Source: Eledone cirrhosa
Lineage: Eukaryota
Assembly (NCBI GenBank): GCA_964016885.1
Contig: OZ024741.1
Location: 157,480,001-157,544,000, forward strand
DNA length: 64,000 bases
Direction of reading: 5' to 3'
Every line of letters begins with the position of its first letter. The stretch's first letter is position 1. This document shows positions 63,901 to 64,000 of this stretch, piece by piece. The position numbers were made by a program, and so were the translations under genes. The notes beneath the pieces are model-generated. The model was not told where the DNA came from and made no database searches. It saw only the letters and a list, made by a program, of their open reading frames with translations.

Positions 63901-64000
63901 TTGTATATATTTTACCATATATTAATAAATGTACCCTCCAGCGTGGTCATGAAAACCCTCTTCCGTGGTCTCTAAGCTCACAAAGCAGAGGGGACATCAA

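Overview
AT-rich, microsatellite-dense eukaryotic DNA made almost entirely of repeats. The tRNA-derived SINEs and RTE 3' tails resemble those of octopod cephalopods (inference from family resemblance, not a search). No complete host gene is visible; one candidate terminal exon lies at 1001-1135. Recognisable elements are a near-intact Penelope-like element (RT + GIY-YIG, one frameshift), two further PLE fragments, RTE LINEs with a PHD-like finger inserted in the RT, a decayed CRE-clade LINE, CR1 tails, two SINE families, a composite non-autonomous Helitron, piggyBac-, pogo- and hAT-type MITEs, a hAT transposase remnant and minisatellites. The most striking signal is about 11 complete or near-complete type-I hammerhead ribozyme motifs plus several half motifs. 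They belong to several sequence families and sit in short non-coding modules in or beside (TA)n tracts, often with fold-back inverted duplications; three long palindromes (arms up to 234 bp) share the (TA)n setting. This looks like a population of non-autonomous, ribozyme-bearing PLE pseudo-LTR (retrozyme-like) elements. All folds were assigned by eye and none has been tested.
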